From IMG/VR virus record IMGVR_UViG_3300032315_000647, positions 32,001 through 96,000 of that record: a DNA stretch of 64,000 nt, one strand, 5' to 3'. This document shows positions 8,234-17,320 of this stretch, in pieces; the stretch's first letter is position 1, and each line of letters starts with the position of its first letter. The notes below the pieces were generated by a model. It did not search any database. It saw nothing but the letters and a program-made list of their open reading frames with translations, and was not told where the DNA came from. A program made the translations under genes and the position numbers. The stretch is from a virus.

Positions 8234-8637
8234 TAGGATAGAGTTAGTAGATATTTTGTTTTAGCTGCTTCTCCACTTAGCGCATCAGCTAAATTAGCTA
8301 TATCGTGATAGCTGTTTGATTCAGCATATCTTTTTAAGTTACTAGAGAAGTCCATAAGTGCTGTGACAACTGAATTAGAGTCTGCACTACTCAATGCTTC
8401 TATTGTATATACACCAGGACGCTTACCTGTATAACCCATAAGCTTTTCTATCACACCATCTTTAAAGTCATGTACATAATCATACAATCCTCCAAGAGCT
8501 TGATGCTCAGCATAACTCTTTGTCTGCCAATGCAATAGATGTAGTTGCTCATGGAAATATGTAAGCTTCCCAGCTATTGTTTCCAAGTTTAGTTCTCCTG
8601 ATTTCATCATCTCTTCAGGGAATAATGATTTTGCCAT
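8233..8637 (-). CDS. ferritin/Dps-like four-helix protein (DUF5856-like)
   Basis: QLHLLHWQTKSYAEHQALGGLYD...D..IE..MG; KTKYLLTL end. Confidence 0.75.
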   Translation of the reverse strand: MAKSLFPEEMMKSGELNLETIAGKLTYFHEQLHLLHWQTKSYAEHQALGGLYDYVHDFKDGVIEKLMGYTGKRPGVYTIEALSSADSNSVVTALMDFSSNLKRYAESNSYHDIANLADALSGEAAKTKYLLTLS

Positions 8638-8651
8638 GTTGTTTGGTTTTA

Positions 8652-8924
8652 TTATCCAGGACTAGTTGTTGTTGTAGTTGTAGTAACAGGTCTAGTTGTT
8701 GTTGTGGTAGTTGTGCTAGTAGAAGTGCTAGTAGTAGTAGTTGTACTTGTGCTACTAGTAGATGTTGTAGTTGTTGTTGGATTACAACACTCATAAGCAT
8801 CAATTTCCTCCCAGTTACCTACAGCAGGCTTAAACCTATTGAGGATTAAACTACCAGAGATTACACGACCTGTACCATCATAACGTACAAATGCTTTTAA
8901 CGGTCTTTTATTTATACTTGCCAT
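8652..8924 (-). CDS. small protein with poly-Thr/Ser mucin-like tail (paralog A)
   Basis: ~48-aa domain ending ECCNP followed by ~40 aa almost all T/S. Confidence 0.8.
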   Translation of the reverse strand: MASINKRPLKAFVRYDGTGRVISGSLILNRFKPAVGNWEEIDAYECCNPTTTTTSTSSTSTTTTTSTSTSTTTTTTTRPVTTTTTTTSPG

Positions 8925-8936
8925 ATTATATTAGTT

Positions 8937-9212
8937 TTAAAGGGCTGTTGTAGTTGTGGTGGTAGTGGTTAGTTCTGCAGTGGTTGTGGTAGTAGTGGTA
9001 GTAGGAGTTCTAGTAGTACTAGTTGTAGTAGTAGTAGGTACACCTGTGGTGGTAGTAGTGGTAGTAGGATTGCAGCACTCATATGCTGGTATCTCTACCC
9101 AATTACCAACCTTAGGTTTCTTTCTTCTTAGAATCAGGCTGCTAGGAACGATTCTCCCAGTACCATCAAAGCGTACATAAGCTTTGAGAGGGCGTTTGTC
9201 AATTGATGCCAT
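8937..9212 (-). CDS. small protein with poly-Thr mucin-like tail (paralog B)
   Basis: N-domain MASIDKRPLKAYVRFDGTGR...YECCNP nearly identical to 8652-8924; poly-Thr tail. Confidence 0.8.
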   Translation of the reverse strand: MASIDKRPLKAYVRFDGTGRIVPSSLILRRKKPKVGNWVEIPAYECCNPTTTTTTTGVPTTTTTSTTRTPTTTTTTTTAELTTTTTTTTAL

Positions 9213-9214
9213 GA

Positions 9215-10231
9215 TTAGTAATTTAAATTATACTTGTTAAATAATGTTTTCAGTTCATTTGCGTAATACCATGTGCATCTTTTCTTGGAATTCTCATCAT
9301 TTAGAATAACATCTAAATGAGGATCTTTTGAAGGATCTGCACCTGTATGATATTTACCTTTATAGAAACAGTTATAACCATCCATAAAGGTGTTTACAAT
9401 TCCTGCATTATGAAGAATAGGATGAGTTTCTAGTTTTTCCACCATGTCAGGACTCCAACTAAATCCCATTTCAGGAATAATCTTTACATCCTTTCCTCTC
9501 ACCCAAAGATTCCAAAGAACTGCCCACATATCTGCACACCAACTTTGAAATCCTTTATTCTCATTTTCAAAATACAACTTGTTTATATGCTGTAGATATC
9601 TCCTAATCAGTATGCAATCATTCATCACCTTGCTCCAAAAGTCTGCATCTATATTCTTAAGGAGATATTGAGCTCCACCACTATCATCATTCTTTCCCTC
9701 AGCTTCCTCTCTACTAATACCAATTACGCTACCTATCTCAGCAAGGATGTCTCTTGTTTTGTATTCATCAAGTTTTTCAGGAAGTACATCCCTCACCTTG
9801 CTATCAAAATAGGAAGCTCCAATGTAGCTCACTGTATCAGAAACATAACAAACATCATCATTAATAAACTGTTGAACATCAAACTTTTCTGTAAAAAGAA
9901 TGTCTGAGTCACAGTAGAATATAGCTTGGTTGCTTAATTCAGGATGTTCTCTCCAGTGTCTCCATAATGTATAAGGTCGTAACACTGGAATATACACACC
10001 TAATTGTGAACTAATTTGATGTTCATCTTTGTAAAAATGAAACTCAGCTTCTGGATATAAGTCCACTATCTGTTTCCAATTCTCATTCTTCTCTCTAAAG
10101 TTGGGAGTGAACACTAGAACAATTGCTTTGTCTGATTCATTCCTTTTCTTCAGACTTTCCAACCACAGATGCACTTGCCATGTGTAATAAGTGTCATCTG
10201 GCTGAACGCATACATACTTCAGATCCTTCAT
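9215..10231 (-). CDS. GT-A glycosyltransferase resembling plant HPAT/SERGT (GT95/GT96) peptidyl O-glycosyltransferases
   Basis: YYTWQ, VLRPY..W.HW, FYCDSDILF (DxD), WCADMWA, HNAG in the same order as HPAT/SERGT motifs. Confidence 0.6.
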   Translation of the reverse strand: MKDLKYVCVQPDDTYYTWQVHLWLESLKKRNESDKAIVLVFTPNFREKNENWKQIVDLYPEAEFHFYKDEHQISSQLGVYIPVLRPYTLWRHWREHPELSNQAIFYCDSDILFTEKFDVQQFINDDVCYVSDTVSYIGASYFDSKVRDVLPEKLDEYKTRDILAEIGSVIGISREEAEGKNDDSGGAQYLLKNIDADFWSKVMNDCILIRRYLQHINKLYFENENKGFQSWCADMWAVLWNLWVRGKDVKIIPEMGFSWSPDMVEKLETHPILHNAGIVNTFMDGYNCFYKGKYHTGADPSKDPHLDVILNDENSKKRCTWYYANELKTLFNKYNLNY

Positions 10232-10295
10232 AATGTAGTTTATTGGTTTATAAAAAATTTGCGAAAGATAGCGTTTTTCACTACTTTTCGCAAAA

Positions 10296-10442
10296 TTAAG
10301 GTGTTATTGTGGTGGTGGTTGTGGTGGTGAAGTTACCATTTGCTTGAGCTAGTTGACCAGAGATTTTCTCTAGCTGCTTACTAATTTGCCACAACAGATT
10401 CTCTGTAGTGCCCCAACCTATTCCTCTAGATGGTATTGGCAT
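10296..10442 (-). CDS. 48-aa Thr-tailed protein, paralog of the N-terminus of 10457-11041 (not in ORF track)
   Basis: MPIPSRGIGWGTTENLLWQISKQLEKISGQLAQANGNFTTTTTTTITP. Confidence 0.8.
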   Translation of the reverse strand: MPIPSRGIGWGTTENLLWQISKQLEKISGQLAQANGNFTTTTTTTITP

Positions 10443-10456
10443 TATCTTATATTTTA

Positions 10457-11041
10457 TTATCCAACATTAAATATGGAAAGGTTAACAGATGGAGATGCAG
10501 GTCTAGTTGGATTACTTCCTGCAGCAGTTGGTAAAAGTCTCATACCAGTGGCTTGTGACCACCAATAAAACTTAAGATATTGTCCAGCAGTCAATGGGAT
10601 TGTATCTGTTATTTTTGCAAGTGTCTGATCATTTTGTGCTCCAGTGGTAGTGAATGTAAATGCTGAATTAGGCACAATTACATCATTAACCGTATACCAA
10701 ACAGTTACATTATAATTTGATGCACCACCTGTAAATGCAAGTTGAAGACCAAGACTTAAAAAGTAAGTTCCTGCATTAATAACATCTATTCTATTACTAG
10801 TCAATGTAAACCCATTAGCAATTTGTGTTGAATTAATTAACACCTGATTAGCTGTGGTTGCTCCACCATTTGTTTGTAAGGTGGTATCAAAAAAGGTTGC
10901 AGAATAAAGACTAACTTTTGATGCAGCAATGTTGTCGTTAAGGGTACAGAGCTGACAGCTAGCTTGCTCCATTTGCTTAGCAATCTGCCACAACAGGTTG
11001 TCCTGTGTGCTCCAACCGATCTGTCTTGATGGAATAGCCAT
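10457..11041 (-). CDS. putative virion appendage protein with C1q/BclA-like beta-sandwich C-domain
   Basis: N-term MAIPSRQIGW..NLLWQI helix; AGTYFL..., L.AGQYLK, TRPASPS C-terminal pattern. Confidence 0.6.
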   Translation of the reverse strand: MAIPSRQIGWSTQDNLLWQIAKQMEQASCQLCTLNDNIAASKVSLYSATFFDTTLQTNGGATTANQVLINSTQIANGFTLTSNRIDVINAGTYFLSLGLQLAFTGGASNYNVTVWYTVNDVIVPNSAFTFTTTGAQNDQTLAKITDTIPLTAGQYLKFYWWSQATGMRLLPTAAGSNPTRPASPSVNLSIFNVG

Positions 11042-11048
11042 AAGTAAA

Positions 11049-11136
11049 CAAAACTATGATGTTTATAATAAAAAACAATGAACCTTAGTAAATTGTAATA
11101 ACGAAATAGGTTAAGCAACTCTAACTAAACTTATTA
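11049..11136 (-). promoter_or_regulatory. -7 promoter element with tandem TAAC-N7-GTTA boxes
   Basis: TAGTTTTG on minus (11049-11056); TAACgaaatagGTTA 11099-11113, TAACtaaacttATTA 11122-11136. Confidence 0.55.
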
Positions 11137-11259
11137 GCCTTGACCTCTATACTTAGACATGGGTTTATCTTTAGGACCCTTTCTCTTAGAAGCCTTTCCA
11201 TTCTTTCTTCTACCAAATGTAATCTTGTGTGATTCACTTGATCCTTTACCCTTTGCCAT
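11134..11259 (-). CDS. 41-aa basic protein ending KYRGQG (not in ORF track)
   Basis: MAKGKGSSESHKITFGRRKNGKASKRKGPKDKPMSKYRGQG; TAATG coupled to endolysin. Confidence 0.7.
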   Translation of the reverse strand: MAKGKGSSESHKITFGRRKNGKASKRKGPKDKPMSKYRGQG

Positions 11260-11678
11260 TATATTGATTTTAATTGGAAATGCATACCGTCCTTTCTAGC
11301 CCATGTGCCTCCCCAATCAAATCCATTGTCTGTGAAGCATTTAACAAATCCTGCACTGAGTTTTGGAGTTTGATTGAGACCGTTTTCAAAAGCGTTTACA
11401 TCTATGGCTATTCCCCAACTATGTAAACTCATGGAAGAAAGTCCACGTTTCTTACGAATGTTGAAACAACCATCCCAGGTTTTAAGTTCTTTTACATGCC
11501 CTGTAGCTATCAGAGCTTTGAAAGCCTTGGACAGAGGTAATACTAAATCTTTATTACAATATATCTTCTTAGGAATTACACCTATCTCTAGTTCTGTAGG
11601 AACATCCCACAGGATTAAATGTGGGTTGGAGTTTGAAGGTTGTCCGTATTTCTTAAGTGCCTGTGCTGATGATACCAT
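11259..11678 (-). CDS. endolysin, peptidase M15 family
   Basis: FNIRKKRG..SLHSWGIAID (SxHxxGxAxD), WGG.W..DGMHFQL. Confidence 0.9.
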   Translation of the reverse strand: MVSSAQALKKYGQPSNSNPHLILWDVPTELEIGVIPKKIYCNKDLVLPLSKAFKALIATGHVKELKTWDGCFNIRKKRGLSSMSLHSWGIAIDVNAFENGLNQTPKLSAGFVKCFTDNGFDWGGTWARKDGMHFQLKSI

Positions 11679-11681
11679 TTA

Positions 11682-12290
11682 TCATTTGAATTTAAGTTTC
11701 CAATAAGCATTCACACCATACATAGCATCTCCGTATGTGTTTATTCCAAAGGATCCTCCAATCATAAAGTCATTCTTTGTCTTTAGGATGCCTCCCACTC
11801 CAATCTGATGGTAGTTGAGGTTTGTTTGTAAAATGCCTCCTAAATATATCTGACTGGTTTTTCTCTCAGGCATCATTACTGTTTCAGTGATGGTGGGATA
11901 TTTAATGTTTAGTAGAGTGGATCTTCCTACTAACATATTATTCTGAACAGTGTCAATAATTTTTACATACCCATTGGTGTCAATTCTGATTGTATCATGG
12001 AATATGTTCATTGCGAGCAGTTTGTTTACCACTTCATAATACTGAGCTACGAGTTTTGAATAGTTTGTATCTGGTATGTAATTGTTCTGGATGATTGTAG
12101 TGTCATTAGAAGAAATAGATTCAGTGAATTGAGGCGTAGAGTATATAACTGTATCCTTTTCTATCCAAACTGTGTCTCTTTTTGTGATTGGTTCATCAAT
12201 TGTCTGGGGCTTTCTCCACCTATCAAGGAGAAGAAGAATTACCACGATGAGTATTAGAATCCCAATTATGTTATTCTTTAAGAATTTCAT
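11682..12290 (-). CDS. N-terminally anchored membrane protein, spanin-like
   Basis: N-terminal TM, DT-rich strands, beta-rich C-terminus; next to endolysin. Confidence 0.5.
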   Translation of the reverse strand: MKFLKNNIIGILILIVVILLLLDRWRKPQTIDEPITKRDTVWIEKDTVIYSTPQFTESISSNDTTIIQNNYIPDTNYSKLVAQYYEVVNKLLAMNIFHDTIRIDTNGYVKIIDTVQNNMLVGRSTLLNIKYPTITETVMMPERKTSQIYLGGILQTNLNYHQIGVGGILKTKNDFMIGGSFGINTYGDAMYGVNAYWKLKFK

Positions 12291-12607
12291 GCTTTTATAT
12301 TAGCATAGATACCACTTATGTACTGACCAAGTAGTAAAAGTCCTCCTAAGATAGCAATCACCCAATACACCTTTTTTTTAAACTCCTCATGTCCTTCCAC
12401 CTTCTTTTCCAAATCTTGGATTTTCTTTTTCAGAACATCAATGTCACTAACAAACCCTCCAGTTTTTGTCAGGGGGTTGCCTAAGATAGCATCCACTACC
12501 TGTGTTAACTTCGTATCTATGGATACAATCTTTTCCTCCATGTCATACAGACGCTGGTCCATACTTTTAAGTTCGCCTTTTACTTGTTCTTCAAAAAGAT
12601 TCTCCAT
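12287..12607 (-). CDS. coiled-coil protein with C-terminal TM (holin/lysis-associated)
   Basis: likely start MENLFEEQ at 12607; C-terminal hydrophobic helix. Confidence 0.55.
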   Translation of the reverse strand: MENLFEEQVKGELKSMDQRLYDMEEKIVSIDTKLTQVVDAILGNPLTKTGGFVSDIDVLKKKIQDLEKKVEGHEEFKKKVYWVIAILGGLLLLGQYISGIYANIKA

Positions 12608-12643
12608 AATATTGGTATCTATCACATGGATGATGAAAGATTT

Positions 12644-12691
12644 AAAAAAAAAAAACACGCCAATCCCTCTCCGAAACAGGAATCAGCGTGT
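12644..12691 (-). terminator. intrinsic terminator upstream of lysis cassette
   Basis: 14-bp stem ACACGCUGAUUCCU/AGGGAUUGGCGUGU (G-U pairs valid only on minus strand) followed by a run of ~12 U. Confidence 0.75.
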
Positions 12692-12723
12692 ATATAGTTT
12701 TTTGACAGAGTAGTGTCTGTGTG

Positions 12724-12773
12724 CAAACCTATGTAATTCTTTTGAAACTACCAAATATTTTTTTATACCTTTG
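12724..12773. promoter_or_regulatory. overlapping divergent Bacteroidota promoters
   Basis: plus: TTTG 12741-44, N21, TACCTTTG 12766-73; minus: TTTG 12752-55, N20, TAGGTTTG 12724-31. Confidence 0.75.
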
Positions 12774-12793
12774 TAACAGAAAACCAAACAGTT

Positions 12794-15700
12794 ATGCCTA
12801 ATAGTTATACATTCTTTAAAGCTGAAATTAGACAGTGGTTTATTGATAATATTCCTTCTGATACAAGGATTTTAGATGTTGGTCCTGGTCAAGGCACTTA
12901 TTCAGATTTACTTAGAGATCTTGGATATAGAATAGATGCTGTTGAGATATGGGCTCCCTATGTAGAACAGTTTAACCTCAGGGCCAAATATGATAATGTT
13001 TATGTAAAAGACATATTGAACTTTAATGTTAGCTCTTACGACTTTATTATTCTGGGAGATGTATTAGAACACATTCCTACAGAAGATGCTCAGGAACTTC
13101 TTACCAAGTTCGATTTGATGGAAAAGAGATTCATGGTTGCTGTTCCTTACATGATGCCTCAAGATGGAGCAGAATACGGGAATGAGCATGAAACTCATCA
13201 TCAGGAAGACCTTACGCCAGATGTAATGTTAGAACGTTATCCAGGACTAGAGAAACTTTATGATAATCAGTGGTATGGATATTATGTAAACGTTGACACT
13301 AGGTTTGAGAAAGCCTATGTTTTATATGCTACAGAGAGTTATAAAGACACTGTACAAGCATGTGTTTATTCTATAAAAGCATATAGTAAGATTCCTATAA
13401 TTGTTTACATGCTCAACTCAGATGAAGAGATCAATGGAGCTGTTACAATAAGTTGGGACTGCAAAGTTAAAAATGTTCCTCAGCAGAAGTATATCAATAG
13501 AGATGACAGAGATATATACAACATACTGATACAAAGACCAGCTATTGTAAAAGATGCTCTTAAATATGCTAAAACTGTAGCATATGTGGATAGTGATAGT
13601 GTAGCCACTAGGTTTGTAGATAGAATGTTTGATCTCTATCCTACTAAATCTACTCATCCATATTTTACAGAAGGTATTTATGAATGGATGCATCACAATG
13701 GTAGAGGAGGTGCTGAAAGTATGGATGATCTAAGTACAACGTTAGAGCATCCAGCTTGTGAGTTGTTTGGTGTAAACCAGTATGTTAGAAAGAAATACGT
13801 ACAGACAGGATATTTTGTAGCTGGACAATGGTGTAAAACATTCTTAGAAGAGTGGCAGTGGATGTGTAATCATCCTAAGGTTGTAAAAAATCCACAATAC
13901 TATGCCCCTTATCATGAAGAAACTATAGTTAATGTCCTCCTTTGGAAGTATGATGTAAATGATGGGCTTCCATACATATACATCAATGGGTCTTTGGACG
14001 TAGTGAATAGCTCAGAGTTTACAGGACAAAAAGAACACATAGGACATTTCATCGCCACTCCTGCAGAAAAGAAAGACCTGTTGTTCTATCATGGAGAAAA
14101 AGATCCTCTTACAATGTACAGAATGTTGGAACGTATGAAGAATAGACCTAATATATTGTTTCTAGCTCCTCATCTATCTACAGGTGGTATGCCAGCTTTC
14201 TTGTTAAAGAGAATAAAGGCATTGATGCAATTCACTGATGTAGAAATAGTTGTTGTGGAATATGCCAATCATAGCGATGATTATGTGGTCCAGAAGAACC
14301 AGATAAGAAACTTAGTGAAGTATTTCTATACACTAGGTGAGAACAAGATGGAAGTGATAGACATTATCAAAAAACATGGAATAGATGTAGTGCACATTGA
14401 TGAGATGGTAGAAGATGGTTGGAATAATTGGCCAGAAGAACTTAGGGAAGCTTTGTATGTAGATGACAGAGCTTGGAGAGTAGTGGAGACATGTCATAAT
14501 ATTGTATTCAATCCAGATATTGAAAAGCGCTATCACCCAGATGCATATGCATTCTGTACTCCCCATCACTTGAAAACATTTGCTAACATGCCTTCTAGAA
14601 AGGAAGTGATTGAGTTTCCTATAGAAAGGAAGGATGATATAGCTCTCAATTTTGGTAAAGGTTATCATGTATTGAATGTAGGACTATGGACCCCTGGCAA
14701 AAACCAAGGAGAAGCTGTAGAGCTGGCTAAACAAATGCCAGATGTACAGTTTCACTTTGTAGGTAATCAGGCTGGTAACTTCCAACACTATTGGGAACCA
14801 ATCATGAAAGATCTTCCTTCTAATGTGCATGTGTGGGGAGAGCGTGATGATGTAGGTAGCTTTATGAAAGGATGTGATGTCTTCATGTTCAACAGTACAT
14901 TTGAGTGTAATCCGTTGGTAATTAGGGAAGCTATAGGATATGGTAAACCAATTCTTGCAAGAAATCTTCCTCAGTATGGAGATATGTTCACTAAGTATAT
15001 TACACATCTAGAGCCTGATAGGATGAAAGAGCAATTGTATGACTTATTGAAAAATGATACCACTTACACTATTCCTGAGAATCAAACAGAGGAATTTGGT
15101 AAGCGTCACTTACAGTTATATCAGGAAGTTGTAAGTAATGGTTGTCAAACTGACGTTGAAAACATTACAATTGCTCATTATTTTGTTCATGAACCTTTCT
15201 TGGAAATAACAGGAAACTCTGATAGTAAGTTTACAGTGAAATATTTTGATGAGAGTGGTAAGTGTTATTATGATAATGTAATAGGAATTAATAGTTGGGT
15301 GAGAATCAACAGAAGATGGTTTACTAGATGGACAATAAAAATATGGAAGGATGAAGAGATGTATTATGAATACACTCTTAATTACGAGAATCAACGTGTT
15401 TATATATCCTTTGATAGTAAATCGTTAGGAGATACAATAGCATGGATGCCTTATGTTCTTAAGTTTAAGAAGAAACATAACTGTCATGTTATAGTGAGCA
15501 CATTCAAGAACTTCCTCTTTAAAGATGTCTACCCAGAACTTGAATTTGTAGATCCTGGTTCAAGAGTAGATAATATTTTTGGAATGTACACATTAGGTTG
15601 GTTTTATAATCCAGATAAAGAACCTGAACTTTGTAACACTATTCCTCTTCAGAAAGCAGCATCTAACATCTTAGGTGTTGATTATCAGGAACTCAAACCA

Positions 15701-16216
15701 CGGATAGCATTTACACCTAGTAACAAATTATATGATAAATTTGTTACAATAGCTACTAATTCCACAGCTGCTTGTAAGTTTTGGACTAAGGAAGGATGGC
15801 AAGAAGTTATTAATTTTCTCCACGAGAAGGGATATAAAGTGATAAATGTATCTATAGAAAGGAACTCATTTGACAACTGTGAGCAACTAGAAGATACATC
15901 TATGGAGAACACTATGAATACTATTCATCATAGTGAGTTTTTCATAGGACTTTCTAGTGGTTTGAGTTGGTTAGCCTGGGCTCTGGATAAGAAAGTGGTT
16001 ATGATAAGTAACTTTACAGAAGCTGATCATGAGTTCCAATGTATCAGGGTGAGTAAAAAGGATGTGTGTAATGGATGTTGGAATAAATCACACAACAGAT
16101 TCAATCCAGGAGATTGGTATTGGTGCCCTGAACATAAAGGAACAGACAGACAATTTGAATGTCACACATCAATAACAGCTAGTGATGTTATTAATCAAAT
16201 ACAACATTTGTTATGA
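12794..16216 (+). CDS. multidomain enzyme: class I SAM methyltransferase + GT-A + GT4-like + TibC/Aah-like O-heptosyltransferase
   Basis: LDVGPGQG and DVLEH; YVDSD; PHLSTGG..KNQ..ECNPLVIREA; SKSLGDTIAWMPY, FFIGLSSGLSWLAWA, CNGCWN..WCPEH..FEC. Confidence 0.8.
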   Translation: MPNSYTFFKAEIRQWFIDNIPSDTRILDVGPGQGTYSDLLRDLGYRIDAVEIWAPYVEQFNLRAKYDNVYVKDILNFNVSSYDFIILGDVLEHIPTEDAQELLTKFDLMEKRFMVAVPYMMPQDGAEYGNEHETHHQEDLTPDVMLERYPGLEKLYDNQWYGYYVNVDTRFEKAYVLYATESYKDTVQACVYSIKAYSKIPIIVYMLNSDEEINGAVTISWDCKVKNVPQQKYINRDDRDIYNILIQRPAIVKDALKYAKTVAYVDSDSVATRFVDRMFDLYPTKSTHPYFTEGIYEWMHHNGRGGAESMDDLSTTLEHPACELFGVNQYVRKKYVQTGYFVAGQWCKTFLEEWQWMCNHPKVVKNPQYYAPYHEETIVNVLLWKYDVNDGLPYIYINGSLDVVNSSEFTGQKEHIGHFIATPAEKKDLLFYHGEKDPLTMYRMLERMKNRPNILFLAPHLSTGGMPAFLLKRIKALMQFTDVEIVVVEYANHSDDYVVQKNQIRNLVKYFYTLGENKMEVIDIIKKHGIDVVHIDEMVEDGWNNWPEELREALYVDDRAWRVVETCHNIVFNPDIEKRYHPDAYAFCTPHHLKTFANMPSRKEVIEFPIERKDDIALNFGKGYHVLNVGLWTPGKNQGEAVELAKQMPDVQFHFVGNQAGNFQHYWEPIMKDLPSNVHVWGERDDVGSFMKGCDVFMFNSTFECNPLVIREAIGYGKPILARNLPQYGDMFTKYITHLEPDRMKEQLYDLLKNDTTYTIPENQTEEFGKRHLQLYQEVVSNGCQTDVENITIAHYFVHEPFLEITGNSDSKFTVKYFDESGKCYYDNVIGINSWVRINRRWFTRWTIKIWKDEEMYYEYTLNYENQRVYISFDSKSLGDTIAWMPYVLKFKKKHNCHVIVSTFKNFLFKDVYPELEFVDPGSRVDNIFGMYTLGWFYNPDKEPELCNTIPLQKAASNILGVDYQELKPRIAFTPSNKLYDKFVTIATNSTAACKFWTKEGWQEVINFLHEKGYKVINVSIERNSFDNCEQLEDTSMENTMNTIHHSEFFIGLSSGLSWLAWALDKKVVMISNFTEADHEFQCIRVSKKDVCNGCWNKSHNRFNPGDWYWCPEHKGTDRQFECHTSITASDVINQIQHLL

Positions 16217-16881
16217 GAGAGTTTCTATGGGAACCTGAATGTTATCCAGGATTTAGAGAGCATGTAGAAAAAGAAATCTTTGTAGATAGAATCTATGAGA
16301 GATATTTTGAGGTTGAGAAAGGGGATGTTGTGTTCGATGTTGGTGCTAGTCTAGGACCATTCACCTATTCAATACTTGAAAAACAACCTTCTCATGTCTT
16401 TGCATTTGAACCAAGCTTTGAGGAATATAAGACGTTAGTGTTGAACACTCGTAAAGGACCTGTTACACATATTAACAAGGGTGTATCAAATCATATTGGA
16501 GAATTCAATTTTGAATATGTGTTCAGTGTTGGTGAGAATGAAATACAGTATTCAACCACCTTCAAAAAAGTGATTGATGATTACAATATTCAAAAGATAG
16601 ACTTTCTAAAAACAGATTGTGAAGGAGGAGAATATGATATATTCAATCTGGAAAACCTTATTTGGATTAAACAGAATGTCAGAAAGATTGCTGGTGAGTG
16701 GCATTTAGGAACTCCAGAATTGAAAGATAAGTTCAGAGTGTTTAGAGACACCTATCTTAGGATGTTTCCTAATTTTAAGATTAGATCTTTCAATGGATTC
16801 AATGTTGAAGAAAATCTTTGGACAGAACCATTTATTGAAGTGTTCACTGAACTCATCATCTATATTGATAATAGGCACTAA
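16213..16881 (+). CDS. FkbM-family methyltransferase
   Basis: VVFDVGASLGPF, AFEP, IDFLKTDCEGGEY, GEWH. Confidence 0.88.
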   Translation: MREFLWEPECYPGFREHVEKEIFVDRIYERYFEVEKGDVVFDVGASLGPFTYSILEKQPSHVFAFEPSFEEYKTLVLNTRKGPVTHINKGVSNHIGEFNFEYVFSVGENEIQYSTTFKKVIDDYNIQKIDFLKTDCEGGEYDIFNLENLIWIKQNVRKIAGEWHLGTPELKDKFRVFRDTYLRMFPNFKIRSFNGFNVEENLWTEPFIEVFTELIIYIDNRH

Positions 16882-17320
16882 TCTTTTTGTAAACAAAATT
16901 GTTTACTAAGTGTAAACAATACTGTATAGGTAGGGAGGATGTATCAATATGTAGAACATCCTCCCCCTCTATTGGTTTTTCAAAATCTTTAACTTGATAA
17001 TCTTCTTTTTCTCTATCTTCTTCATAAGTCAAATAGATCCAAGAAACATCACTTGTTAAAGTTCTTAAATAGTCTCTGGCTTCCTTATAAGGATAGACAA
17101 GTGATAGGATTACATTCTTTCCTGTACTATTTAGGAAGTGGGCTATATCACTAGCCCTGTTCAGGTTCTTGATTCTTCCTTCTCTAGAATAGTCTTTGTT
17201 TGCAAACAATTCTCTCAAAGCATCACCATCTATATTCACATATGTACTATCGTTAGCCAATATCTGACTTGCTAATGTGGTTTTTCCACTACCAGGTTGT
17301 CCAAATAGTACGATTATCAT
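16856..17320 (-). CDS. cysC: adenylylsulfate (APS) kinase-like
   Basis: GQPGSGKTTLA, IDGDALR, DYSREGR.KN, SLVYPY..R, FEKP. Confidence 0.78.
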   Translation of the reverse strand: MIIVLFGQPGSGKTTLASQILANDSTYVNIDGDALRELFANKDYSREGRIKNLNRASDIAHFLNSTGKNVILSLVYPYKEARDYLRTLTSDVSWIYLTYEEDREKEDYQVKDFEKPIEGEDVLHIDTSSLPIQYCLHLVNNFVYKKISAYYQYR

